From: Candidatus Iainarchaeum sp.
GTDB lineage: Archaea; Iainarchaeota; Iainarchaeia; Iainarchaeales; Iainarchaeaceae
Assembly: GCA_038895675.1 (NCBI GenBank)
Contig: JAWANB010000007.1
Coordinates: 1-28,196 of the forward strand
Reading direction: 5' to 3'
Length of the DNA stretch: 28,196 nucleotides
Numbering within the stretch: position 1 is the first letter of the stretch; each line of letters begins with the position of its first letter. The notes beneath the pieces were generated by a model that was given only the letters and a program-made list of their open reading frames with translations, ran no database searches and was not told where the DNA came from. Below, in pieces: positions 6,956-16,205 of the stretch. The translations under genes and the position numbers were made by a program.

Positions 6956-7779
6956 TTTCGTTTTGTTTGTTTTGTTTTTGTTTTTCTTGTTTTTTTCTTT
7001 TTTTCTGTTTCTTTTTGTTCTTCTTCGTATTCAATTGTTTCTTCTGGAATTTCTTTTATTGTTGTTCCAGTAAATTGTTCTCCTCTTACAAAAGCCGCAA
7101 AGTTTGGTAAGTTGTTTCCGTTAAGAACTACTGCTGGTATTTTGCTTCTTTTTAGTATCATGCAACATGGTAGGTCCAGCACAACATTTTGTCCTGGTTT
7201 GGAGCTTTCTTTTGCTATTATTGTAATTAGTTTGTCGTATGAAATTTCTGTTAGCATTTTTGCTTCTGGATTTTCTTTCGGGTTTGAATCAAATATTCCG
7301 TCTACGTTAGTTAGGTTTACAAATGTTCCGTTTAGGTATTCTGCTATTAGTGCTGCTACCGTGTCTGTCGTGAATAGTGGCATTAAACCGCCGAAAACCG
7401 GTATTTTTCCTTCGTCTATTATTTCTTTAGCTTCTCTAACATCATCTAAAACTTTTTTCCATGCGTTTGGCAGTGCTGCTGCCATTAGTGTTGCATTTGC
7501 TTTTGTAATGAGTATTCCTAATAGGTCTTGTTCAAAATTGTTTAATCCAAGTGATTTTGCTGAATCAAGGTATAGTCTTGCCGACTTTCCGCCTCCTACT
7601 ACTATTACAAACTTTTTGCCCGAGTAATGTAGTTGTGAAATTACTTCTGCGATTGCTTTTATTTTTTCTGCGTCTGGCATGTCGTTTGTGAAAAGTAGGC
7701 TTCCGCCTATTGAAACAACATAAATGTCGTTTGTGGTAGTATTTGTCATTATTGTGTTGTTTTCAAAAATATCGAACAT
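6913..7779 (-). CDS. pyrH: Archaeal-type UMP kinase with a charged C-terminal extension
   Basis: SIGGS, VVGGGKSAR.Y, D.LGI..T..NA, TTD.VAALIAE, TNVDGIF..NP and GT motifs. Alternative start at 7749. Confidence 0.92.
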   Translation of the reverse strand: MFDIFENNTIMTNTTTNDIYVVSIGGSLLFTNDMPDAEKIKAIAEVISQLHYSGKKFVIVVGGGKSARLYLDSAKSLGLNNFEQDLLGILITKANATLMAAALPNAWKKVLDDVREAKEIIDEGKIPVFGGLMPLFTTDTVAALIAEYLNGTFVNLTNVDGIFDSNPKENPEAKMLTEISYDKLITIIAKESSKPGQNVVLDLPCCMILKRSKIPAVVLNGNNLPNFAAFVRGEQFTGTTIKEIPEETIEYEEEQKETEKKKKTRKTKTKQTKRKDDYKLPDPYQIDF

Positions 7780-7861
7780 GATTACATTAATGTTGTTCTT
7801 CTTTTTAAATTTGGTTGTAAGTCTTTATTTTATTTGGTTTTTTTAAATACTTAATAATGTT

Positions 7862-8410
7862 TTAATGTTCTTGGTTTTGGAATCGTTTGTCAATATATTC
7901 GTCAGCTTCTTTTAGTCTTTTTTCGCAGAGTTCTCTTACAAACCCTAAGTTTACTTTTAGCCCTATTTTTTCTAGTTCTTCTTCGGTTTCTTTTATTGAA
8001 CTGTTTATTATTCTTTGTTTGAATTCTAGTTCTTCCATTATTTTTTTTTTGTCTTTTGTTTTTAGAGTAACTTCTTTATATCCTTGGTAAGCATCTGCTA
8101 TGCCGTTCAGCATTATCCTTAGTTCTTGTTTTACTTTTCCTATTTTTTCTTTTGGTATTCTTAGAATATATAAAATTTCTGGGAGTATGTAATGTACTGC
8201 TATTTCTCTGAAAAGCGTTGTTCGTAGTTTTAATACTAGTACTTGTTCTAGTTTTCTTTTTTCTTCTTGAGATAGTTTTTCTTGCAAGAGTTTTCTTCTA
8301 ATTTCTTCTATTGTTCCTCCGTACATTTTGTCAAATTTTGCAATTTTTTTTTGATACGATCCTATGCCTGCTTTTATTTTTCTTTTTCTATTCCTACTTA
8401 TTTTCATCAT
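7862..8410 (-). CDS. Hypothetical basic, helical/coiled-coil protein
   Basis: 182-aa K/E/R-rich ORF, co-oriented and closely spaced after hppA. Confidence 0.7.
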   Translation of the reverse strand: MMKISRNRKRKIKAGIGSYQKKIAKFDKMYGGTIEEIRRKLLQEKLSQEEKRKLEQVLVLKLRTTLFREIAVHYILPEILYILRIPKEKIGKVKQELRIMLNGIADAYQGYKEVTLKTKDKKKIMEELEFKQRIINSSIKETEEELEKIGLKVNLGFVRELCEKRLKEADEYIDKRFQNQEH

Positions 8411-8429
8411 AAAAATAATTTTTGTTTAT

Positions 8430-10466
8430 TTAAATGAACAGTGGTGCTAACACTAGTGTTATTGTTGCTAATAGTTTTATTAGTACATGTAAGCTCGGTC
8501 CTGCTGTATCTTTGAATGGGTCTCCTATCGTGTCTCCTATTACTGCTGCTTTGTGGGTTTCGCTTCCTTTTCCTCCTTCATAGCCTTCTTCTATAAATTT
8601 TTTTGCGTTATCCCATGCTCCTCCTGCATTGTTGAGGAATGTTGCAAAGAGTATCCCTACTATTGTTCCTATTATTAGTAGTGCTGCTACTGCTTCTGCT
8701 TTCAGTGCTATGCCTATTATTAGTGGGAATATTACTGCTAACATGCCTGGTATTATCATGTTTTTTAGTGCTCCTTGTGTTGTTATGTCTACACATTTTG
8801 CGTAATCTGGTTTTTTCTTGCCTTTCATTATTTCTTTGTCTTTGAATTGTCTTCTTACTTCTTCTATTATGTATGTTGCGGTTTTTGATACTCCTCTTAT
8901 TGCTCTTGATGTGAATAATAGTACTAGCAATGCTCCCATTGCTCCGCCTATAAAGACTTCTACTTTTGCTATGTTTACTACGCTAAATTCTTTTCCTGTA
9001 AGGTGTGCTATTTCGCTCATGTATGCTGAGAATAGTAGGAAAGCTGCTAGCGATGCTGTTCCTATTGCGTATCCTTTTGTTAGGGCTTTTGTAGTGTTTC
9101 CTACTGAGTCTAATTTGTCTAACCTTGCTCTTGTTTCTTTTCCTTCTCCTGCAAATTGTGCTATGCCTGCTGCGTTGTCTGTTATTGGGCCAAACATGTC
9201 CATTGCTAATACATAAGCTGCTGTCATTAGCATTCCCATTGTTGCTACTGCTGTTCCAAATAGGCCTCCTTCTGGTGTTCCTGTTAGCGTTCCGAAGGTG
9301 TATGATAGCCATAGTGCTATTGCTATTGTTGATAAAGTTGGTCCTGTTGATTCTAATGCTAATGCAAAACCTGATAGGAAGTTTGTTGCTGGTCCTGTTT
9401 TTGATCCTTCTACTATTCTTTTCACTGGCCTGTGTTTGTGTTCTGTGTAGTGTTCTGTTATTATTACAAACACAATTGACATTATTATTCCTACCATTCC
9501 TGCTGCAAAGAATAATATGTTGTTGAATAGCGTCATTGTTGTAAAGTACATGAATATTGTTGAGAGTATTGCTGTTACCCAGTATCCTTTGTTCATGGCT
9601 TTCATGGCGTCTTCTTTTTCTAGTTTTACAATCATTATGCCTGTTATTGAGGCTAATAGTCCTAAGGCTGAAATAACTAGTGGGAATAATACTCCATTTT
9701 CTTTGAATATTGGGAATAATGCTATACCTAGTATCATTGCTCCTATGTTTTCTGCTGCCGTGCTTTCAAATAGGTCTGCGCCTCTGCCTGCGCAGTCTCC
9801 TACGTTGTCTCCAACCAAGTCAGCTATTACTGCTGGGTTTCTAGGATCGTCTTCAGGAATGTTTGCTTCTACTTTTCCTACTAAGTCTGCTCCTACGTCT
9901 GCTGCTTTCGTGTAAATTCCGCCGCCAAGTTGTGCGAATAAAGCTACGAATGATGCTCCAAACGCGTACCCTATTATTGTGAATGGTGTTATTTCTGGGT
10001 TTGCGCCGAAAGCAATGTATGTTATTGTTACTCCCAGTAATGACAAAGAAACTAATATTATGCCTGCTATTGCTCCTCCTTTAAATGAGACGTCAAAGGA
10101 CTTCTCTAGGCTATTTTTTGCTGCTGCTGCTGTTCGTGAGTTTGTGCTTATTGCTGTTGTCATTGCTATTATTCCTGCAAAAGCCGAGAGTGTTGCTCCT
10201 ATTAGGAAAGATATTGCTGTTGTAAGTTCTTTGCCTGGGTAAAAGTAGGACATTATTAGGAATAAGATTATTGCTATTGTTATTGCGTACATTGCTATTG
10301 TTTTTGTTTGTCTTTTCATGTATGCTATTGCGCCTTCTCTTATGTATGACGCGACTTCTTTCATTTTTTCTGTGCCTTCATCTTGTTTAAAAACATAAGC
10401 GGCTAAACCTATTGCAGTGAGTATTGCAAAAAAGCCTAATATTAAAGTTAACATTATTAAATCCAT
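8430..10466 (-). CDS. hppA: Membrane-bound ion-translocating pyrophosphatase, K+-independent H+-PPase signature
   Basis: GGGIYTKAADVGADLVGKVE, EDDPRN, DNVGD, GPITDNA, GNTTKA (Lys = K+-independent type), GGAWDNAKK and GDPFKDTAGP. A GGTGA RBS lies upstream. Confidence 0.96.
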   Translation of the reverse strand: MDLIMLTLILGFFAILTAIGLAAYVFKQDEGTEKMKEVASYIREGAIAYMKRQTKTIAMYAITIAIILFLIMSYFYPGKELTTAISFLIGATLSAFAGIIAMTTAISTNSRTAAAAKNSLEKSFDVSFKGGAIAGIILVSLSLLGVTITYIAFGANPEITPFTIIGYAFGASFVALFAQLGGGIYTKAADVGADLVGKVEANIPEDDPRNPAVIADLVGDNVGDCAGRGADLFESTAAENIGAMILGIALFPIFKENGVLFPLVISALGLLASITGIMIVKLEKEDAMKAMNKGYWVTAILSTIFMYFTTMTLFNNILFFAAGMVGIIMSIVFVIITEHYTEHKHRPVKRIVEGSKTGPATNFLSGFALALESTGPTLSTIAIALWLSYTFGTLTGTPEGGLFGTAVATMGMLMTAAYVLAMDMFGPITDNAAGIAQFAGEGKETRARLDKLDSVGNTTKALTKGYAIGTASLAAFLLFSAYMSEIAHLTGKEFSVVNIAKVEVFIGGAMGALLVLLFTSRAIRGVSKTATYIIEEVRRQFKDKEIMKGKKKPDYAKCVDITTQGALKNMIIPGMLAVIFPLIIGIALKAEAVAALLIIGTIVGILFATFLNNAGGAWDNAKKFIEEGYEGGKGSETHKAAVIGDTIGDPFKDTAGPSLHVLIKLLATITLVLAPLFI

Positions 10467-10617
10467 TTGGTCACCATTACAGAACTTTACTTTGTAGATA
10501 TTTTTTAAAACAATGCTTTTTTTTCGTCAAAAATCGTTATTCAATTGACTTTTAAAGGTCTTTTTCAGGCTTTTTTTTGGTCGTGTTTTTTAATATTTTT
10601 TGGCTTTTGTTTTTTTT

Positions 10618-11271
10618 ATGCTTAAGGCTGTTCTTTTTGACATGGACGGTGTTATTGTTGATACGATGCATTTGCATTCTAAAGCAACTGACTTTGCTTT
10701 TTCTTCTTTAGGCATTGCTGAACAAAGGCATTTGTTGAAAAAATTTGGGGCTTTGCCTACCGAGGAAGCAATAAAGCGTGCTTTTCCTGAAAAGTCTTTG
10801 GAAGAAGTTTCTTTGATTGTTGATTTGAAGTACAAAAAGCTCAAGGAACTTGCTTCCGAGTTGATTATTTTGCCTGGTTTTTTAGATTTTTTTAAAAAAG
10901 TTTCAGTCGAGTTTAAGACGGCTCTTGTTTCTAATTCGAGTAGGGATTTTGTGGAGTATGTTGTTAGTAAGTTGCCTGACTTTGTAAAGTTTGATGTTAT
11001 TATTTCTTCTTCTGATGTTGTTAATGGAAAGCCTGATCCTGAGTGTTATCTAAAAGCTGCTGAGTTTTTAGGTTTGAATGTTTATGAGTGTGTAGTTATT
11101 GAAGATTCTCTTGTGGGGATTGTTGCTGGAAAAGCCGCTGGAATGAAAGTTGTTGCTGTCGAAACTACTCATGATAAGATTTTTTTGCAGGATGCTGACT
11201 TGATTGTCAGGTCTTTGCAAGAACTTTCTGTTTCTTCTTTGTTGTCTTTGTTTTCCAAGAAAAATTTTTGA
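10618..11271 (+). CDS. HAD-superfamily hydrolase (beta-phosphoglucomutase/CbbY-like)
   Basis: FDMDGVIVDT, VSNS, GKPDP, IEDS..GI.A.KAAGM. ATG at 10618 is preferred over TTG at 10600. Confidence 0.9.
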   Translation: MLKAVLFDMDGVIVDTMHLHSKATDFAFSSLGIAEQRHLLKKFGALPTEEAIKRAFPEKSLEEVSLIVDLKYKKLKELASELIILPGFLDFFKKVSVEFKTALVSNSSRDFVEYVVSKLPDFVKFDVIISSSDVVNGKPDPECYLKAAEFLGLNVYECVVIEDSLVGIVAGKAAGMKVVAVETTHDKIFLQDADLIVRSLQELSVSSLLSLFSKKNF

Positions 11272-11281
11272 TTTTTGATTT

Positions 11282-11734
11282 TTAGGTTTTCGCTACTTTA
11301 GATGCTATGTGGCCTATAAAGATAAAAGTCAGTAATAATGTGCTGTCTATTCCAAAGTCTATTATAGAGTATAACATGTTAGGGTGGGAGTTTGTTAAGT
11401 AGTAAAAAAGGTTGTGTAATATTACTGCCAATATTATTGTTGGAATAATGTTGTTTAGCTTAAATTTTTTTATTTTGTAGCCATACGCAATAGCTATTAT
11501 GCCAATTATAACGTGGCCTGCGAAATGAAATATTGTGTCTAAAGTTATGGCCCAGTCTGGAAAAAATTTTTTTGAGTGTGGAAGAACTTTTCCAAAGCCG
11601 AATAATGAGTAATAATAAAGACTTTTTAGCCAAATTATTATTTGGATTCCTAAATAGTTTATTGCTAAACTTCTTTTGTCTAATTTGTAAAACAAGGAAA
11701 TAATGTTTTTTATCAAAAAATCACTAATAATCAA
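11282..11734 (-). CDS. Hypothetical membrane protein (about 4 TM segments)
   Basis: 150-aa hydrophobic ORF filling the gap between the HAD gene and acdA. Start codon uncertain. Confidence 0.6.
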   Translation of the reverse strand: MIISDFLIKNIISLFYKLDKRSLAINYLGIQIIIWLKSLYYYSLFGFGKVLPHSKKFFPDWAITLDTIFHFAGHVIIGIIAIAYGYKIKKFKLNNIIPTIILAVILHNLFYYLTNSHPNMLYSIIDFGIDSTLLLTFIFIGHIASKVAKT

Positions 11735-11767
11735 TTATTAAAAACACTTAAATTGATTTTTATTTGC

Positions 11768-13156
11768 ATGAGCGATTGGAAGTCTTTAGAGTATTTTTTT
11801 AAGCCAAAAAATGCTGCAATAATAGGCGCTTCAAATACTGAAGGTTCTGTTGGTTTTACTATTTTCAAGAATATGAAATTGGCTTTAGGGAAAAACGCTT
11901 ATCCTGTTAATCCTAATCATGAAATTGTTCAAGGGGCTAAAGCATTTAAGAGTATAAAGGAAATAAGCGATCAAATAGATTTAGCTGTGATAGTGACGCC
12001 TTCTAAAACCGTTCCTAATATTTTGAGAGAGTGTGTTGAGGTTAATGTAAAGGCTGTTATAATAGTTAGTGCTGGTTTTTCAGAGACTGGTGAGCAAGAG
12101 CTTACTAATGAATTAAAAAAAATAATATCTGAAAATCCGCAGACTAGAGTAATGGGACCTAATTGTGTTGGTGTAAAGTGTTTTGAGACAAACGTAGATA
12201 CTACTTTTTTTGCGCAGGACAGGATGAGTATTCCTAAGAGAGGTAGTTTGTCTTTCATTTCTCAGTCTGGTGCTCTTGGTTCTATGATTTTAGATTGGGT
12301 TTCGAAGGAAGAATTTGGGATAAGTAAGTTTGCTTCTTATGGTAACGCTATTGACATTGATGAATCTGATTTGATAGAGTATCTTTGCAATGATAAGGAC
12401 ACCAAGGTTATCACTCTTTATTTGGAAGGTGCTAAGGATGGTAAAAAATTTTTTGAAGTAGCTAAAAAGACGACTTTAAAAAAGCCTATCTTGATATTGA
12501 AAGGCGGCAAGTATGATAGCACAAGTCAGGCTACTGCTTCTCATACTGGGTCAATGGCTGGTTCTGCGAAAGTCTATGAGGCTGTTTTTAGGCAGGCAGG
12601 AATAATAAACACTGATGGTATGCAAGACTTGTTTAATACTGCAAAGTTGTTGGAAAAGGAAAAATTGCCAAAAGGCAAGAGGGTTCAAATAATAACTAAT
12701 GGTGGTGGTTTTGGTATAATAATGGCTGATCACATTATTCATAGGGGTATGGAGCTTGCTCAGCCTAGTAGGAAAACTATTGAGGAGTTGGAGAAAGAGT
12801 TACCTGGTATAAAAATTTCTAATCCTTTGGATTTGTTGGGTGATGCTGATGCTCAAAGGTATAGAATTGCAATAAAGAAGTGTCTTGAGGATAAGAACAT
12901 AGATATCTTGGTAATTATGTGTTTGTTTACTTTGTCTCCTTTGAAGCCTGATGACATTGATAAAATGCTTAAGAAGAGACGACCAAGTAAAACTATGGTT
13001 GTTATAGCTGTTGGTGGAGAATATACTGAAAAGAGGCTTGAAAAAATAGAGAAACTTGGTTATACTACTTTTGATTATCCTAACACTGCTGCAAAGTCTT
13101 TGGGCCATGCTTGTTGGTATGCTGATTATTTGAAAAGGAAGAAGGCTGAAAAATGA
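11768..13156 (+). CDS. acdA: Acetate/acyl-CoA ligase (ADP-forming) alpha subunit
   Basis: CoA-binding N-terminus (FFKPK..AIIGAS, YPVNP), SAGFSE, MGPNCVG, SQSGALG, catalytic His in ASHTGSMAG, TNGGG.G and NPLDLLGDA. ATG at 11768 is preferred over 11753. Confidence 0.92.
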   Translation: MSDWKSLEYFFKPKNAAIIGASNTEGSVGFTIFKNMKLALGKNAYPVNPNHEIVQGAKAFKSIKEISDQIDLAVIVTPSKTVPNILRECVEVNVKAVIIVSAGFSETGEQELTNELKKIISENPQTRVMGPNCVGVKCFETNVDTTFFAQDRMSIPKRGSLSFISQSGALGSMILDWVSKEEFGISKFASYGNAIDIDESDLIEYLCNDKDTKVITLYLEGAKDGKKFFEVAKKTTLKKPILILKGGKYDSTSQATASHTGSMAGSAKVYEAVFRQAGIINTDGMQDLFNTAKLLEKEKLPKGKRVQIITNGGGFGIIMADHIIHRGMELAQPSRKTIEELEKELPGIKISNPLDLLGDADAQRYRIAIKKCLEDKNIDILVIMCLFTLSPLKPDDIDKMLKKRRPSKTMVVIAVGGEYTEKRLEKIEKLGYTTFDYPNTAAKSLGHACWYADYLKRKKAEK

Positions 13157-13815
13157 AAAAACCTTTTTTACTTCAATCAGTTGTTTTTGATTTTGATGGT
13201 GTTATTGCTAATACTCCTAAATTTTATTTTAAGCATATGCGGAATGTGCTTTTGAGGCGTGGTATAAATGTTAGTAATAGTGAACTTTGTTCTTTGTTGG
13301 GTTATGGTTTGGAAGAGCAGTTGAAGATTATTTGTTTAAAGTATAGTGTTGACATTCCTTTAGGTGATTTTCTTTCAGAGTCTTTGTTTTTGGCTTCTCA
13401 GGAAATAAGTGTTAAGGCTAAGCCTTTGCCTGGCTTGTTTTGCCTTGTTTCTTCTTTAAAAGAGTGTGGAGTTAAAGTTGGTATAGCTTCTAATAATTTT
13501 CGTTCTGTCATTTTCCCTTTTCTTACAAGACATGGTTTATTAGAATACTTTGATGTGATAGTTTCTGGGGATGAGATAAAGTCTTTCAAGCCTTTGCCTG
13601 ATGTTTATTTGTTTTGTCTAAAAAAATTGGGCGTTGAGGCTTTTTTGTCTGTTGCTATTGAAGATACTTTTGTTGGTGTCGAGTCTGCAAAGTCTGCTGG
13701 CTTGAAAGTAATTTTTTTGCGTAATTCTTTTTGTAATAATGTTTCTTTGGCTGACTTGTCCATAAGTAATTTAAGGTCTTTGAAGGTTGAAGTTTTAAAG
13801 GGGTTGTTTGTTTGA
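13153..13815 (+). CDS. HAD-superfamily hydrolase
   Basis: FDFDGVIANT, ASNN, KPLPDVY, IEDT..GVESAKSAG. Overlaps the acdA stop (ATGA). Confidence 0.9.
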   Translation: MKKPFLLQSVVFDFDGVIANTPKFYFKHMRNVLLRRGINVSNSELCSLLGYGLEEQLKIICLKYSVDIPLGDFLSESLFLASQEISVKAKPLPGLFCLVSSLKECGVKVGIASNNFRSVIFPFLTRHGLLEYFDVIVSGDEIKSFKPLPDVYLFCLKKLGVEAFLSVAIEDTFVGVESAKSAGLKVIFLRNSFCNNVSLADLSISNLRSLKVEVLKGLFV

Positions 13816-15044
13816 AAATTGGGATTTTTTCAGATACTCATTTGGGTTTTGGTGAGGGCTCTGAGCGTTTCGAGGATTCTTTTCTTGCTCTTTCTCAAGC
13901 TTTGCGAATTTTCGTGGAGAAAAAAGTGGATTTTATTTTGTTAGGCGGGGATGTTTTTGATAGTGTGGATCCTTCTAATGAGGTGCTTTGTAAGACCATA
14001 AGTCATTTGTCTTTTTTGAAAGACAAACCTTGTTTTGTTTCGGTTGTTATTGAAAAGTTTGGCGAAAATGTTTCTTCAAAGCTTTCTTTTTCTAGTTTGC
14101 CAATTTTTGCTATTCATGGTAATCATGAGTTTTTAGGCAAGGATAGGAAATCCACTCTTGATGTTTTGTCGGAAGCTAATTTGATTTATTATTTTCATTC
14201 TTCTAAATTAAGTATTTCTAAAGGGAATGAAAAGGTTGTTGTTTTTGGTTTAGGTGCTGTTCCTGAAAAATTTGCTTTGGATGTTTTTTCTAAGTGGAAT
14301 CCTGTGCCAGAAAAAAATTGTTGTAATATTCTTTTGCTTCATCAGGGTTTTAAAGAGTTCATGGCTGTGGAAGATGAAATGGTTGCTACTCTTTCTTTAG
14401 AGAACTTGCCTAAAGGATTTGATCTTGTTGTTAATGGGCACTTGCATTGGAGTAATGTGCAAAACTTGCATTCTGGCAAGTTTTTGCTTGCTGGTTCTAC
14501 TATTCCTACTTCTATTAAGTCTCTTGAGGCAAAGGCGAGTAAAGGTGTTTTTATTTTTGATACTATTTCAAAGTCTCTTGATTTTGTTTCTTTTCCTAAG
14601 CAAAGGAAGGTTTTTTATCATAAGCTTGTTTTTTCAGATGCTGATAATGTTGAGGTTGTTTCGAAGTGCATTTCAACTATTGAGGCTGACTTGGTTGAGG
14701 CAAGTGATTCTAAACCTTTAGTTAGGTTGGTTCTTAAAGGTACTTTGAAAAAGGGTTTGTCTAATGCTGACATAAATGTTTCAGAGGTTGAGGCTAAGTT
14801 TCATAACAAGGTTTTTCTTTCTCTTTCTAAGGACTTTTCTTCAGTTTCTTTTTTGAAAAAAATTTCTGAGGTAAGGGCTGAACAAAAAGGCAAAATGTCT
14901 GTTGTTTCTACAGGTTTTTCTATTTTGGAGAAAAATCTTGCGGAGACGCGTTTTCCTTCCAATATTGATATAAAGGCTTTTTTTGATGCTCTTGTTGATT
15001 CTGATTTTGATAAGGCTGAAAAAATTTTAGTTAAAAAAAATTGA
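13812..15044 (+). CDS. mre11: Mre11/SbcD-family DNA repair nuclease
   Basis: Phosphoesterase motifs SDTHLG, GDVFD, HGNHE, LLHQ and GHLH, plus a capping domain. TTG start overlaps the upstream stop. Confidence 0.88.
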   Translation: MKIGIFSDTHLGFGEGSERFEDSFLALSQALRIFVEKKVDFILLGGDVFDSVDPSNEVLCKTISHLSFLKDKPCFVSVVIEKFGENVSSKLSFSSLPIFAIHGNHEFLGKDRKSTLDVLSEANLIYYFHSSKLSISKGNEKVVVFGLGAVPEKFALDVFSKWNPVPEKNCCNILLLHQGFKEFMAVEDEMVATLSLENLPKGFDLVVNGHLHWSNVQNLHSGKFLLAGSTIPTSIKSLEAKASKGVFIFDTISKSLDFVSFPKQRKVFYHKLVFSDADNVEVVSKCISTIEADLVEASDSKPLVRLVLKGTLKKGLSNADINVSEVEAKFHNKVFLSLSKDFSSVSFLKKISEVRAEQKGKMSVVSTGFSILEKNLAETRFPSNIDIKAFFDALVDSDFDKAEKILVKKN

Positions 15045-15110
15045 TTTTGTTCTTTGTAAAAACCTTTTTTATTGTTTTTTATTGGTTGGTTTTTTGTTTG
15101 TGTTTGAAAG

Positions 15111-16205
15111 TCATGGTAGGAAGTCTTCTTCTTTGATTTTTTTTGGTACGTATTCTTCTGTTATGAATCTTATGCCTTTTTTTGATAGTGCTTCTAACTC
15201 TAACTTTACTGCTTTTTCTCTCATGTTTTTGAATTCTGCTTTCCATTCTGGTTTTTGGAACCATTCGTAAGATTCCATTTCTTTTAGTCTCTTTGCATCT
15301 AATTGGTTTAGTTTTATGGTTACTTCTTTCGGTATTTTGAATTTTTCTATGTCTAAAGTTGTTAGGCCCACGAACTTTGCGCTTGGTGTCGCTAATTTTT
15401 CTTCCGAGTATGATAGTGATATTGAGCCTTGTTTTATTACCGAGTAAATGTACATTCCCCACGGGTCAGCATCTGCTAAGACGTAGATTGGTAAGCCGTG
15501 TTCTTTGTTTAGTCTTTGTGCCATTCTTCTTTCTCCTCTTCCTGGTTGACCTCTGCCTGTTATTATTATGCAGTTTTGTTTTTTCCAGAATTGGTCTTCG
15601 TTGAATCTTCTCCATACTGCGTCTTTTTCTATGAACAAAACATAGTCTGCGTTGACTTTTTTGAATTCTATGTTTTCTGGTTCTACGTTTGATGGTACGC
15701 TCCATCCGCCAGAACCCATTTTTGTTAGGTCTATGTTGTCTTTTCCGTCTCTTATTTGTATGTCGCCTGCTATTATTCCTTTTGCCGAGGCTGCTAAGTG
15801 TAATTCTTCTCTCAATAAGTCTAACGAAGCTTCTATGTCTTCTATTATTGGGTCTGATTCTGTTTGTTCTTCAAAAGTGTTTTCGTTCGTGCCTTCTATA
15901 GTGTGTTTTAGTGCATAGTACAAGTCACGGATGCTTACTGTTGCTTTTGCTTCTATCACTTTTTTTATTTCGTTTGCAACTAAGACCGTTTGCATGAATT
16001 TTCTGCTGTGTGCTATGTTCAAGAATTGTCTTTCGCTTTTTTTGTCTCCTAATTTTATTGTTCCTGTTTTTTTGTCAAAGTAAACGTTGCCTAATGTTCT
16101 TAGGGGCACTTCGTAGCTTGGTCCTTTTCCTTCTTCTATTTGCTTTAGTATTTGGTCTCCTATTTTGACTAATTTTGCATGAACTATTTTGTCTTTGTTT
16201 TCCAT
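15111..16205 (-). CDS. top6A: DNA topoisomerase VI subunit A
   Basis: SIRDLYY (catalytic Tyr), EQTESD..IEDIE, Toprim motifs IEKDA and DADPWG, and LELEAL. Confidence 0.97.
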   Translation of the reverse strand: MENKDKIVHAKLVKIGDQILKQIEEGKGPSYEVPLRTLGNVYFDKKTGTIKLGDKKSERQFLNIAHSRKFMQTVLVANEIKKVIEAKATVSIRDLYYALKHTIEGTNENTFEEQTESDPIIEDIEASLDLLREELHLAASAKGIIAGDIQIRDGKDNIDLTKMGSGGWSVPSNVEPENIEFKKVNADYVLFIEKDAVWRRFNEDQFWKKQNCIIITGRGQPGRGERRMAQRLNKEHGLPIYVLADADPWGMYIYSVIKQGSISLSYSEEKLATPSAKFVGLTTLDIEKFKIPKEVTIKLNQLDAKRLKEMESYEWFQKPEWKAEFKNMREKAVKLELEALSKKGIRFITEEYVPKKIKEEDFLP

